In this document: piece by piece, positions 53,288 to 61,998 of the stretch | Layout: each line of letters opens with the position of its first letter | How positions within the stretch are numbered: position 1 is the first letter of the stretch | Assembly (NCBI GenBank): GCA_963747035.1 | Contig: CAVVDL010000010.1 | Coordinates: 1,851 to 65,850 of the forward strand | Source of the DNA: an uncultured Gammaproteobacteria bacterium | GTDB lineage: Bacteria; Pseudomonadota; Gammaproteobacteria; Steroidobacterales; Steroidobacteraceae | Reading direction: 5' to 3' | DNA: 64,000 nucleotides | Program-made: the position numbers and the translations under genes | Notes under the pieces: model-generated | What the model saw: the letters and a program-made list of their open reading frames with translations, nothing else | The model's database searches: none | Told to the model about the DNA's origin: nothing

Positions 53288-54214
53288 ATGATCTACTTGA
53301 ATCGGCTTGGCGCCGTGATTCTTGGCGCCGTATTCGCCGTCCCCTCGTGGGGCTGCTCCATTTGCCGCTGTGGCGATCCTACGTTTAATGCCCTGGGCCA
53401 TGAGGGTGTCGCACAAACGGGCCTGCGACTCGCGCTGGACTGGGACCAGCTTGAGAAGTCGCAGGGATCGCCTGACGGGGAATTCTCCTCAGTTCGCGAA
53501 GAGCGCATTACATTTCTGGCAGCCTACGGTTTATCGGACCGCTTTGGCGTGTTTGTGCGGTTGCCGTTCAGCGATCGCAAACTCTCGGAAACCGAGGACG
53601 GCGTGGTTGAGCAGTCGACAGCCTCCGGCCTCTCGGATCCCGAGTTCTACGGCCAGGCACGCTTGTGGTCATCAAAGTTCGAAGGCGATGTCGGAATCCG
53701 CTCGAGCATCTACGCCATCTTCGGCGTGAAGACCGATTGGGGTGACAACGAAGCGTCGAGCGGCGGTGAGCGGCTGGATGAGCACGTGCAGCCGGGCACT
53801 GGATCGACCGACTGGTTTGCCGGCCTGTCCGGTTCCTACCAGATCGACCCGCACTCGGCACTCTTCGCTTCGGTCCAGTACCGGCACACGGGCCGCAACG
53901 ACTTCGGGTACCGGTACGGTCGGATCAACCTCTTCAATCTCGCCTATGAGCGAAAATTGAGCCCGAAGTGGGACGGCGTGATCGAGGCTAATTATCGGAA
54001 TTCCGGTCGAGATGAGATCGACAGCACCGGCGTTACCGATCCGGACACGGGGGGCTCGATCGCCTACCTGACTCCGCGCCTGCTGTTTGACGCAGGTGGC
54101 GGATGGGTGTTGCGGGTCGCCGCGCAGATCCCCCTGTCCGACTCAGGCTTGAATGGGATCCAGCACGAGCAGACCGTCCTGAATGTTGGCGTGACGCGTC
54201 TTTTCGGGAAGTAG
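53288..54214 (+). CDS. outer-membrane beta-barrel protein (MetA/transporter-like) with an N-terminal CxxCxC motif
   Basis: ATG 53288. The signal peptide MIYLNRLGAVILGAVFAVPSWG is followed directly by CSICRCGDP. It has alternating beta-strand pattern and a terminal ..LNVGVTRLFGK. GC is lower than in its neighbours (~57-60% by hand count). The ORF is intact. Confidence 0.6.
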   Translation: MIYLNRLGAVILGAVFAVPSWGCSICRCGDPTFNALGHEGVAQTGLRLALDWDQLEKSQGSPDGEFSSVREERITFLAAYGLSDRFGVFVRLPFSDRKLSETEDGVVEQSTASGLSDPEFYGQARLWSSKFEGDVGIRSSIYAIFGVKTDWGDNEASSGGERLDEHVQPGTGSTDWFAGLSGSYQIDPHSALFASVQYRHTGRNDFGYRYGRINLFNLAYERKLSPKWDGVIEANYRNSGRDEIDSTGVTDPDTGGSIAYLTPRLLFDAGGGWVLRVAAQIPLSDSGLNGIQHEQTVLNVGVTRLFGK

Positions 54215-54233
54215 TTGCCGCCCGGCGAATCCG

Positions 54234-55107
54234 TCAGGACGCCGACATGCTGCCGAAGCGCCCGCTCTGGAAATCGGCGAATGCCGCCGCGATCTCGCGT
54301 TCGCTGTTCATGACGAAGGGGCCGTAGCCGACGACCGGCTCCGCGATCGGCTCGCCCGCGAGCACGAGCGCCGCGAGTTCGCCTGTCGGCGGTGACCGTG
54401 AATTCGCCGCCCTCGCGCGCGAGTTGCGCGATCTGGGACGGGCCGGCCGGGTCGCCGCCATTGATGAGCGCACGGCCCTGCATCGGCACGACCGCGGTCG
54501 TGTGGCCTTCGGGCGTCTTGAGCGTCACCGTCCTGCCCGCTGCGACGCGAAGGTCCCAGACCTCGATCGGCGTGAAGGTTTCCGCGGGCCCTTTCTTGCC
54601 GTCGTATTCGCCCGCGATGACGCGCAGCGTCCCGGCGTCGCCGTCGAGTGCGATCCGCGGGATCGAGGCATCGAGGATCGTCTGGTAGCGCGGCTTCGCC
54701 ATCTTGTGCCGCGCCGGCAGGTTCACCCAGAGCTGCATCATGGACATCATCCCGCCCTCGCGGGTGAAGCGCTCGGAGTGGAATTCCTCGTGCAGGATCC
54801 CGGACGCGGCCGTCATCCACTGCACGTCGCCGGGACCGATGCGCCCGCCGTTGCCCGTGGAGTCGCGATGCTCGAGTTCGCCTGAGTAGACGATGGTCAC
54901 CGTCTCGAATCCGCGGTGCGGATGCACGCCGACGCCGCGGCGCCGCGCCGCCGGGTCGAAGTGCCGCGGCGCCGCATAGTCGAGCATCAGGAACGGGGAC
55001 AGCGCCTCGCGGCCGAGGCCGTCGTAGGAGAAGATCGAGCGGACGGGAAAGCCATCGCCGACCCAGTGGGGCGGGGCGGCTTCGTGCACGGCAAGTACCT
55101 TGCGCAT
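54234..55107 (-). pseudogene. pirin-family protein (one frame break near 54390)
   Basis: The N-terminal cupin reads ..GFPVRSIF..GVGVHPHRGFETVTIVYSGELEHRDS..MTAASGILHEE.. in ORF 54064..55107. The last ~55 aa, ..[31 protein letters not shown], are in ORF 54234..54473. Confidence 0.8.
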
Positions 55108-55119
55108 CGCCGGTTTCCT

Positions 55120-55518
55120 CTATTCTCGCGTCGTCGTGATCGTGGCGCCGGCGCTCACGGTCTTCGTGACCGGCGTCTTCCCGGCGATCTCGATCAGCTT
55201 GTCCCATTGCGCCGCTTCGAGCGATGCATCGGATGACAGCCGGCGCGCGATGAAGGTGTTGCCGTCGTCGTCCTTGTGCAGCGTGAGCGCGACGCGGAGC
55301 GGTTCGATCGCCCAGCCCTTGCGATCGGCGTACATCTTGAGCGTGATCGCGGTGCAGGCCCCGAGGCCGGCAAGCAGCAGGTTGTAGGGTGCGGGACCGC
55401 CATTCTGACCGCCCGCGCCGACGGTCTCGTCGGCAGCGAGCGTAAAGCCGCCCGTCTCGATGACCTGGGTGTAGTTGGGGCCGGTCGGTGCGACCGTCGC
55501 CGAGGCGATCCGCTTCAT
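55120..55518 (-). CDS. OsmC/Ohr-family peroxiredoxin-like protein
   Basis: Starts at the internal ATG (M50 of ORF 55120..55665), overlapping the upstream stop (ATGA). ..GPAPYNLLLAGLGACTAITLKMYA.. is typical of OsmC. The ORF is intact. Confidence 0.8.
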   Translation of the reverse strand: MKRIASATVAPTGPNYTQVIETGGFTLAADETVGAGGQNGGPAPYNLLLAGLGACTAITLKMYADRKGWAIEPLRVALTLHKDDDGNTFIARRLSSDASLEAAQWDKLIEIAGKTPVTKTVSAGATITTTRE

Positions 55519-56405
55519 CGCACGCCCCGCATGCGCAGCCCCCGAAGGTCCGGCGCCACGAGCGGTGCGCCCCGGGCCCCCTCGACCTTGCCGAAACGGT
55601 CGGTCTCGAGCCAGTCGCGTGTGGCCCGTTCCATGTCGTCGAAGCTCCGCCCGACGAAGTTCCACCAGAGCAGGATTTCCTCGCCGAAAGGACGGCCGCC
55701 GATGAGCAGCAGGCGCGCCGCCGCCGGCGTCTCGATCGCAAGCTTGTCGCCGCCCGTGCCGAAATAGAGGAGCGCGCCGGGCGCGAGTGGCTCGCCGCCG
55801 ACGGTCGCCGTGCCTTCGAGCGTCATCACGCCGTATTCGAATGCCGGATCGAGATCGAGTTCCGTGCGCGCGGGACCCTGTGACGCGAGGTCGAGTCCGA
55901 CGAGCGGCGAGAAGACTTCCGCCGGGGCGCGCTCGCCCGCGAACGTGCCGGCGAGCACCGTCAAGCGAAAGCCGCCGCGCTCGAGGATCGGGAGGTCCGG
56001 ATAGTGGTGGAACGACGGCTCACGCCCGCTCTCGGCCTTCGGCAACGCGATCCAGAGCTGCGCGAGCTGGAAGCGGCCGGGCGCGTCGGCGGGCGATTCC
56101 TCCGCGTGCGATATGCCGCGGCCGGCCGTCATCAGGTTGACCTGGCCGGGCTCGATCCACTGGCGATAGCCGAGGCTGTCCGTGTGCAGGATCCTGCCTT
56201 CGATCATCCAGCTGAAGGTCTGCAGTCCGATGTGCGGGTGCGGCCCGATCGTGATGCCCTGGCCCGCGGCATAGTTCGCAGGCCCCGCGTGATCGAAGAA
56301 GCACCAGGCGCCGATCATCCGGCGATGGTGGTTCGGCAGCGCGCGGCGGATTTCGAAGCCATCGCCGACGACGGCGCGCTGCGACTCGAGCTTTTCGACA
56401 TTCAT
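55515..56405 (-). CDS. pirin-family protein, second paralog
   Basis: Starts at the internal ATG 56405 (MNVEKLES..). ..IGPHPHIGLQTFSWMIEGRILHTDSLG..MTAGRGISHAEE.. The ORF is intact. Confidence 0.85.
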   Translation of the reverse strand: MNVEKLESQRAVVGDGFEIRRALPNHHRRMIGAWCFFDHAGPANYAAGQGITIGPHPHIGLQTFSWMIEGRILHTDSLGYRQWIEPGQVNLMTAGRGISHAEESPADAPGRFQLAQLWIALPKAESGREPSFHHYPDLPILERGGFRLTVLAGTFAGERAPAEVFSPLVGLDLASQGPARTELDLDPAFEYGVMTLEGTATVGGEPLAPGALLYFGTGGDKLAIETPAAARLLLIGGRPFGEEILLWWNFVGRSFDDMERATRDWLETDRFGKVEGARGAPLVAPDLRGLRMRGVR

Positions 56406-56599
56406 CGGGGAATCATGCTCCGGCTGGGTCCGGCCGCCAAGTACGCACCGGAATGCGGGAAGATGGTGCTTGCCGCGCCCGATTTCAAGCCGTGGTCGCG
56501 CGTACGCCCGACGCGTCGGCCGGGCCGGGCGTGTATCATTCCGCTGCCCCGAAAAGGCGCCATACGGAGCCCGCCCAGACAGCCGTGACAATACGAGCG

Positions 56600-57549
56600 A
56601 TGAGCGGAAACCCGGCCCACGGCCTCTGGATCACGGCGCTTCTGCTGACTTCGGGCTGCTCCGTCGAGCGCCTCGCCACGAACCGGATTGCGGACACGCT
56701 GGCCGGATCCGGCACGACGTATGCGAGCGACGACGACCCTCGAGCTGGTCGAGGCCGCGCTGCCATTCAGCCTGAAGCTGATGGAGAGCGTGCTCGCCGA
56801 GACGCCCGAGCACCGCGGCCTGCTGTCGGCGACCGCCGCCGGGTTCACGCAATACGCCTATGCCTTCGTGCAGCAGGAAGGCGACAGGCTCGCGCTCGAC
56901 GACTCCGATGCCGCCTGGGTGTCCTGGAACCGCGCGCGAAAGCTCTACCTGCGCGCGCGCGATTACGGTCTTCGCGGCCTCGAGGTCGCGCATCCCGGAT
57001 TCCGGCAGGCACTTGCCGCGGATCGCGCCGCGGCGGTCGCGCAGGCGGGCCCGGAGGACGTGGACTTGCTGTACTGGACCGCCGTGTCCTGGGCCGCCGC
57101 GATCTCGCTCGGCAAGGATGATCCGCAACTCGTCGCGGACCTGCCCGACGTCTCGGCCCTGATCGACCGTGCGCTTGCGGTCGACGAGGGCTGGGACGGC
57201 GGTGCGATCCATTCCTTCCTCATCACTTACACGATGGCGCGGCCCGATGAGCCCGAAGACCGCGAAGCCAAGGCCAAAGTTCACTTTGACCGGGCGGTCC
57301 AGTTGACGCAGGGCAAGGCCACGGGGCCCTACGTTTCATGGGCGGAAGCCATCTGCCTGCCGAAGGAAGACCGCGCCTGCTTCGACCGGGCGATCGGCGC
57401 GGCGCTCGCGATCGACCCGGACGCGGATCCCTCGATGCGCCTCGTCAACTACGGTGATGCAGCGGCGCGCCGCGTGGCTGCGCGACCACGTGGATCACTG
57501 GATCCTGCCGCCGCTCGAAGACGGAACGGACACGGAGCCCTCGACATGA
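56600..57549 (+). pseudogene. TRAP-transporter TatT (T-component, TPR-like) lipoprotein (two frame breaks, near 56738 and 57452)
   Basis: The lipobox is LLLTSGC. The core is in ORF 56688 (..LLYWTAVSWAAAISLGKDDPQLVADLP..LAVDEGWDGGAIH..HFDRAVQLTQG..RLVN..). The tail ..VMQRRARWLRDHVDHWILPPLEDGTDTEPST* is in another frame. Its stop overlaps the dctP ATG (ATGA). Confidence 0.7.
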
Positions 57550-58556
57550 ACCTGACCCGCCGTCAATTCGCGCTCGCGGCGGCGGCGCTGCCGATGGCGA
57601 TGACCGAAGCCCGCGCGGCGGACGCCGCACAGCTTCGCGTCGCGACCGTCGCGCCCGCGGGCTCGTCGTTCCACAAGCGGCTGCAGGCGCTCGGCAACGA
57701 GTGGGCCAAGGGACCGGGCGGCGTCTCGATGAACATCTACGCGGGCACGCAGGGCGGCGAGCTGCAGATCGTGCGCCGCATGCGCGTCGGGCAGCTGCAA
57801 GGCGCGATGCTGAGCTCGGTCGGCCTCTCGCAGATCGACCGCTCGGTGACGGCGCTGCAGTACCTGCCGCTCCTGTTCCGCGACTGGGACGACGTGGACG
57901 CCGTGCGCGACAAGCTCCGGCCGCAGCTCGAGGCGTCGTTGCAGAAGGCGGGCTACGTCGAACTCTTCTGGGGCGATGGCGGCTGGGTCCGGTACTTCTC
58001 GAAGAAGCCGATCACGAAGATCGGCGACCTCAAGTCCATGCGCGTGTACGCGAGCTCCGGCGAGCCCGAGACGACGGAGATCTTCAAGAACTTCTATACG
58101 CCGGTCGTGCTCGAGCCGGACCAGATCCTGCTGGGACTGCGAAACGGCATGATCGACGCGCTGCCGATCCCGGCCTTTCTCGCCAACCTCAGCCAGGTCC
58201 CGACCTACGCGCCGTACATGCTCGACTTGCGCTGGGCGCCGATCACGGGCGCCCTCGTCCTGACCGAGCGCGCCTGGAAGCAGCTCGACCCGAAAGCACA
58301 GGCCTGGTTCCGCGAGTCGTCGGACAAGGCGGGCGTCGAGATCCGTCGCGCCGGCCGCCTCGAAGACGACCAGACCATCCAGGCCATGAAGGACAAGCAG
58401 GGCCTCAAGGTCACGACGCTGACGCCGGAGGCGGAGCGGGAGTGGCGGGCCGAGATCGCGCGCTTCTACCCGCGCGTGCGCGGCACGGTCATACCCGCGC
58501 CGATGTACGACCTGACCGTGGAAACCCTGAAAGCCAGGCACGCCGCCGGATCGTGA
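57546..58556 (+). CDS. TRAP transporter substrate-binding protein (DctP family), Tat/Sec-exported
   Basis: Starts MNLTRRQFALAAAALPMAMTEARA. It lies in frame inside ORF 56688..58556, has a DctP-like length (336 aa) and composition, and is intact. Confidence 0.75.
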   Translation: MNLTRRQFALAAAALPMAMTEARAADAAQLRVATVAPAGSSFHKRLQALGNEWAKGPGGVSMNIYAGTQGGELQIVRRMRVGQLQGAMLSSVGLSQIDRSVTALQYLPLLFRDWDDVDAVRDKLRPQLEASLQKAGYVELFWGDGGWVRYFSKKPITKIGDLKSMRVYASSGEPETTEIFKNFYTPVVLEPDQILLGLRNGMIDALPIPAFLANLSQVPTYAPYMLDLRWAPITGALVLTERAWKQLDPKAQAWFRESSDKAGVEIRRAGRLEDDQTIQAMKDKQGLKVTTLTPEAEREWRAEIARFYPRVRGTVIPAPMYDLTVETLKARHAAGS

Positions 58557-60343
58557 GGGATTTCGTCCACCGCCTCGAGGACCGGCTGCTTGCCGCCGTG
58601 CTGGTGCTGCTCGTCGTCCTCGGCGTCGCCGCGGCCGAGCCAGCGATTCTCGGACACCGATGAGCTGATCCGTCACCTGACGCTCGTCATCGGCATGCTG
58701 GGCGGCATGGTCGCCGCCCGCGAGGGCCGGCTGCTCGCGATGGGCACATTCGCGCAGATCGTGCCGCCGCAATGGCAGTCGACCGTCCATGCGTTCGCCG
58801 GCCTGGTCGCCACGACCGTTTCCGCGGTCCTGACGCTTGCGGCCTGGCAGTTCGTCTCCGCAGGAAGCGGCCACCTCGGGTTCGCTCGCCTTCGGGGTGC
58901 CGCGCATCGCGCTCGAGGGCGTCATGCCGGCGGGCTTTGCATTCATCACGCTGCGGCTCGCGATGCATGCGGCAGCCGGCGGCTTCGCGCGTGCGGTCGT
59001 CCTCGCGATCGCCGTCGCCGCGGCAGCCTGTGTCGCAGGGCTCGACGTCGCCTGGCCCGCGATCCGCACGCCCGCGTTCATCGCGCTCGGCGTCGCGATC
59101 CTCTTCGGCGCGCCGCTCTTCACGGGGCTCGCCGGAATCGCACTCATCTTTTTCATCAGCACCGGCGACCCGATCGCCTCGGTGCCGCTCGATCACTACG
59201 AGCAGGTCGTCAATCCGCTGCTTTCGACGCTGCCGCTCTTCACGCTCGCGGGCTTCATCGTCACCGCGACGGGCGCGGCCAGGCGCCTGGTGCGCCTGCT
59301 GCGCGCCTGGACCGGGCACCTGCGCGGCGGGCCGGCGGTGGTCACGGTCTTCGCCTGCGCATTCTTCACCGCGTTCACCGGCGGCTCCGGCATCACGATC
59401 CTCGCGCTCGGCGGCCTCCTGATGCCGATCCTGATGGCCTCGCGCTACGGCGATCGCACCGCGCTCGGCCTCGTGACGGGCGCCGGCTCGCTCGGCGTGC
59501 TGTTCGCACCCTGCCTGCCGCTCATCCTCTATTCGATCGTCGCGGAGGTCTCGATCGAGTCCATGTTCCTCGGCGGCGCGCTGCCGGGCCTCCTGATGGT
59601 GGCGCTCGCCTGCGCCTGGGGCATATCGAAGTCGCCGCCTGCGAGTCTGCGCCGCCGGTTCAGCGCGCGCCGCGCCTGCGCCGCGACCTGGCGCGCGAAG
59701 TGGGACCTGCTGCTCCCGGTCGTGCCGATCGTCCTGATCTTCGGCGGCTTCGTGCTGCCGGTGCCGGCGGCCGCGATCACCGCGGCCTATGCGATCCTGG
59801 TCGCAGCGATCGTCAATCGGGACCTGCCGCGCGGGGAACGGCTGGTCGAGGTCCTGACCGAATGCGGCCTGCTGGTCGGCGGCGTGCTCCTGATTCTCGG
59901 CACGGCCATGGGCCTCACGAACCTCCTGATCACGGAGCACGTGCCCGACCGGCTCACGGTGTGGATGGACGCGACGATCAGCTCGCCCTGGATCTTCCTG
60001 ATGATCCTGAATGTCGTCATGGTCGTGCTCGGCTGCGTGATCGAGATCTTCTCCGCGATCATCGTCGTCGCGCCGCTCATCGTGCCGGTCGCGCGCGCTT
60101 TCGGCGTGGACCCCGTGCACCTCGGCGTGATCATGCTGGCGAGCCTCGAGCTCGGTTACCTGATGCCGCCGATCGGGCTCAATCTCCTGATGTCGGCTTC
60201 GCGATTCCGCCGTCCCATGTTCGAGGTCGCCTCGGCGACGCTGCCCGATGCTCGCGGTCCTCGCGGTCGGTGTCGCGCTGATCAACCTGTTTCCGCAACT
60301 GAGCTTGTGGCTGCCGCAGTGGTTCGCGGGCGGCGCGCCCTAG
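58553..60343 (+). pseudogene. TRAP transporter fused small/large permease (DctQM) (at least 3 frame breaks, near 58640, 58860 and 60248)
   Basis: The GTG start overlaps the dctP stop (GTGA). DctQ-like helices (..DELIRHLTLVIGMLGGMVAAREG..) continue without a stop into the DctM-like ORF 58837 (..FFTAFTGGSGITILALGG..VAPLIVPVARAFGVDPVHLGVIM..). The tail ..MLAVLAVGVALINLFPQLSLWLPQWF..* is in another frame. Confidence 0.75.
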
Positions 60344-61998
60344 GGCAAAGGGATTTGGCCAGCGAGGCGTGCCAGCGACTCGCCGGTGGACGCGGCATCG
60401 GGTCCCACGAGGACGTGAATGCTGCCGAGCGACGGCCTCGCAAAGCCGCGCGGGGACGCAGCCGCAAGCGCGCGCGAATCGACGCGCGCATCATCGGCGA
60501 CCGTCACGAGCAGGCGCGTCGAGAAGTTTTCGATTGTCGCGACGTTGCCGGCACCGCCGAGCGCTGCAAGCATCGCGGCAGGATCGGCGCCGGTCGCGCG
60601 TGATGGCGCGGATGCGCGCAGGCTTCGCCGCATCTGTCCTGCGAGCTGGTCCGCCACCGGGCCGACCACGACCTGCAGCGTGTCCGCGGTCGGGCGAACC
60701 AGCCCGCGCGCGCCGAGCTGGCGAAGCGCCGCTTCGTTCACGGCGTCCTGGCTCGCAACCGTGACGCGAAGTCGCGTCATGCAGGCATCGAGCGCGCGGA
60801 TATTCGCAGGCGCCGCCGAGCGCATCGAGGAATGCGGCGGCATCGCCGGTGTCGCAGTCGCCGCGGCGCCCGCCGGCGCGACGGATTCCTCGGCGTCGCG
60901 TCCCGGTGTCCTGAGGTCGAAGCGCGCGATCATGTAGCGGAACGCGAAGTAATAGACCGTCGCGTAGGCGAGCCCCACGGGAATCAGGACCAGCGGCTCC
61001 GTGGCCTTTCCGTAGTTCAGCAGGTAGTCGAACAGCCCGGCCGAAAAGCCGAAGCCGAGTTTCACGCCGAGCAGGTCCATGAGCACCATGGCCGTCCCGG
61101 TCAGCACGGCGTGCAGCGCGTAGAGAGCCGGCGCCAGGAAGACGAACGTGAATTCGATGGGTTCGGTCACGCCGGTGAGGAAAGACGTCAGCGCCATGGA
61201 CAGCATCAGCCCGGCCACGGCGCGGCGCCGGCCGGCGGGTGCGGCGTGGTACATCGCGAGGCAGGCCGCCGGCAGCCCGAACATCATCACCGGGAAGAAC
61301 CCGGACATGAAGGCGCCGGCACTCGGGTCGCCGGCGAAGAAGCGGTTGAGGTCGCCCGTCACCCCGCCGTACTCGCCGACGATGAACCAGGCGAGGTTGT
61401 TCAGGACGTGGTGCAGGCCCGTGATGATCAGGATGCGGTTCAGCACGCCATAGACGAAGAGGCCGATTTCGCCGGAGCCGAGGACGGCGCGGCTCAACGT
61501 GTCCATGCCCTGTTCGAGTGACGGCCAGCCCCAGCCGAAGACACAGGCGAGGGCGAGCCCGGCGAGGCCGGCGACGATCGGCACGAAGCGCCGGCCGCCG
61601 AAGAACGCGAGGTAGCTTGGGAGCTTGAGCTCGCTGTACCGGTTGTAGAGGTATCCCGCGATGCATCCCGACAGGAGGCCGGCGGGCACCGAAAGCTTCA
61701 CCATCGACCCGGCCGCGACACCGGCAAGCGTCTCGGCGCCCCGCGTCGCGACGAAGTAGCAGACGACGGCCGCGAGACCCGCGGCGCCGTGATTCTCCCG
61801 CGCGATGCCGACCGCGATTCCGATCGCAAACAGGATGCCGAGATTCGCGAAGATCGACTGGCCGGCGGCAGCGACGGCCGGCAGGTCGAGCAGGTCCGGC
61901 TGGCCGAGCCTCAGCAGCAGTCCCGCGATCGGCAGCACCGCAATCGGCAGCATCAGTGCGCGCCCGAACTGCTGCATGCCCGCGAACCAGTGTTTCAT
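60340..61998 (-). CDS. nagE: PTS N-acetylglucosamine-type transporter, EIIC-EIIB, with a second degenerate EIIB-like repeat
   Basis: Starts at the internal ATG 61998. MKHWFAGMQQFGRALMLPIAVLPIAGLLLRLGQPDLL.. and the whole EIIC align with my memory of E. coli NagE. EIIB reads NIRALDACMTRLRV. A second repeat reads LAALGGAGNVATIENFSTRLLVTV, with no Cys. About 60 nt before the first EIIB read better in another frame (AAAFLDALGGA). Confidence 0.8.
   Translation of the reverse strand: MKHWFAGMQQFGRALMLPIAVLPIAGLLLRLGQPDLLDLPAVAAAGQSIFANLGILFAIGIAVGIARENHGAAGLAAVVCYFVATRGAETLAGVAAGSMVKLSVPAGLLSGCIAGYLYNRYSELKLPSYLAFFGGRRFVPIVAGLAGLALACVFGWGWPSLEQGMDTLSRAVLGSGEIGLFVYGVLNRILIITGLHHVLNNLAWFIVGEYGGVTGDLNRFFAGDPSAGAFMSGFFPVMMFGLPAACLAMYHAAPAGRRRAVAGLMLSMALTSFLTGVTEPIEFTFVFLAPALYALHAVLTGTAMVLMDLLGVKLGFGFSAGLFDYLLNYGKATEPLVLIPVGLAYATVYYFAFRYMIARFDLRTPGRDAEESVAPAGAAATATPAMPPHSSMRSAAPANIRALDACMTRLRVTVASQDAVNEAALRQLGARGLVRPTADTLQVVVGPVADQLAGQMRRSLRASAPSRATGADPAAMLAALGGAGNVATIENFSTRLLVTVADDARVDSRALAAASPRGFARPSLGSIHVLVGPDAASTGESLARLAGQIPLP

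Noticed and set aside
52769-54214. 481-aa ORF read as a single DUF2946-barrel fusion
   Set aside because: The linker (..RPRCRSDDCSSPGCPRTSRSRLIHANRSCGSPASAGIRR..) looks like out-of-frame sequence. A good ATG with a signal peptide begins the barrel at 53288. A DUF2946-type C-terminus (ARAPPALG*) exists in another frame.
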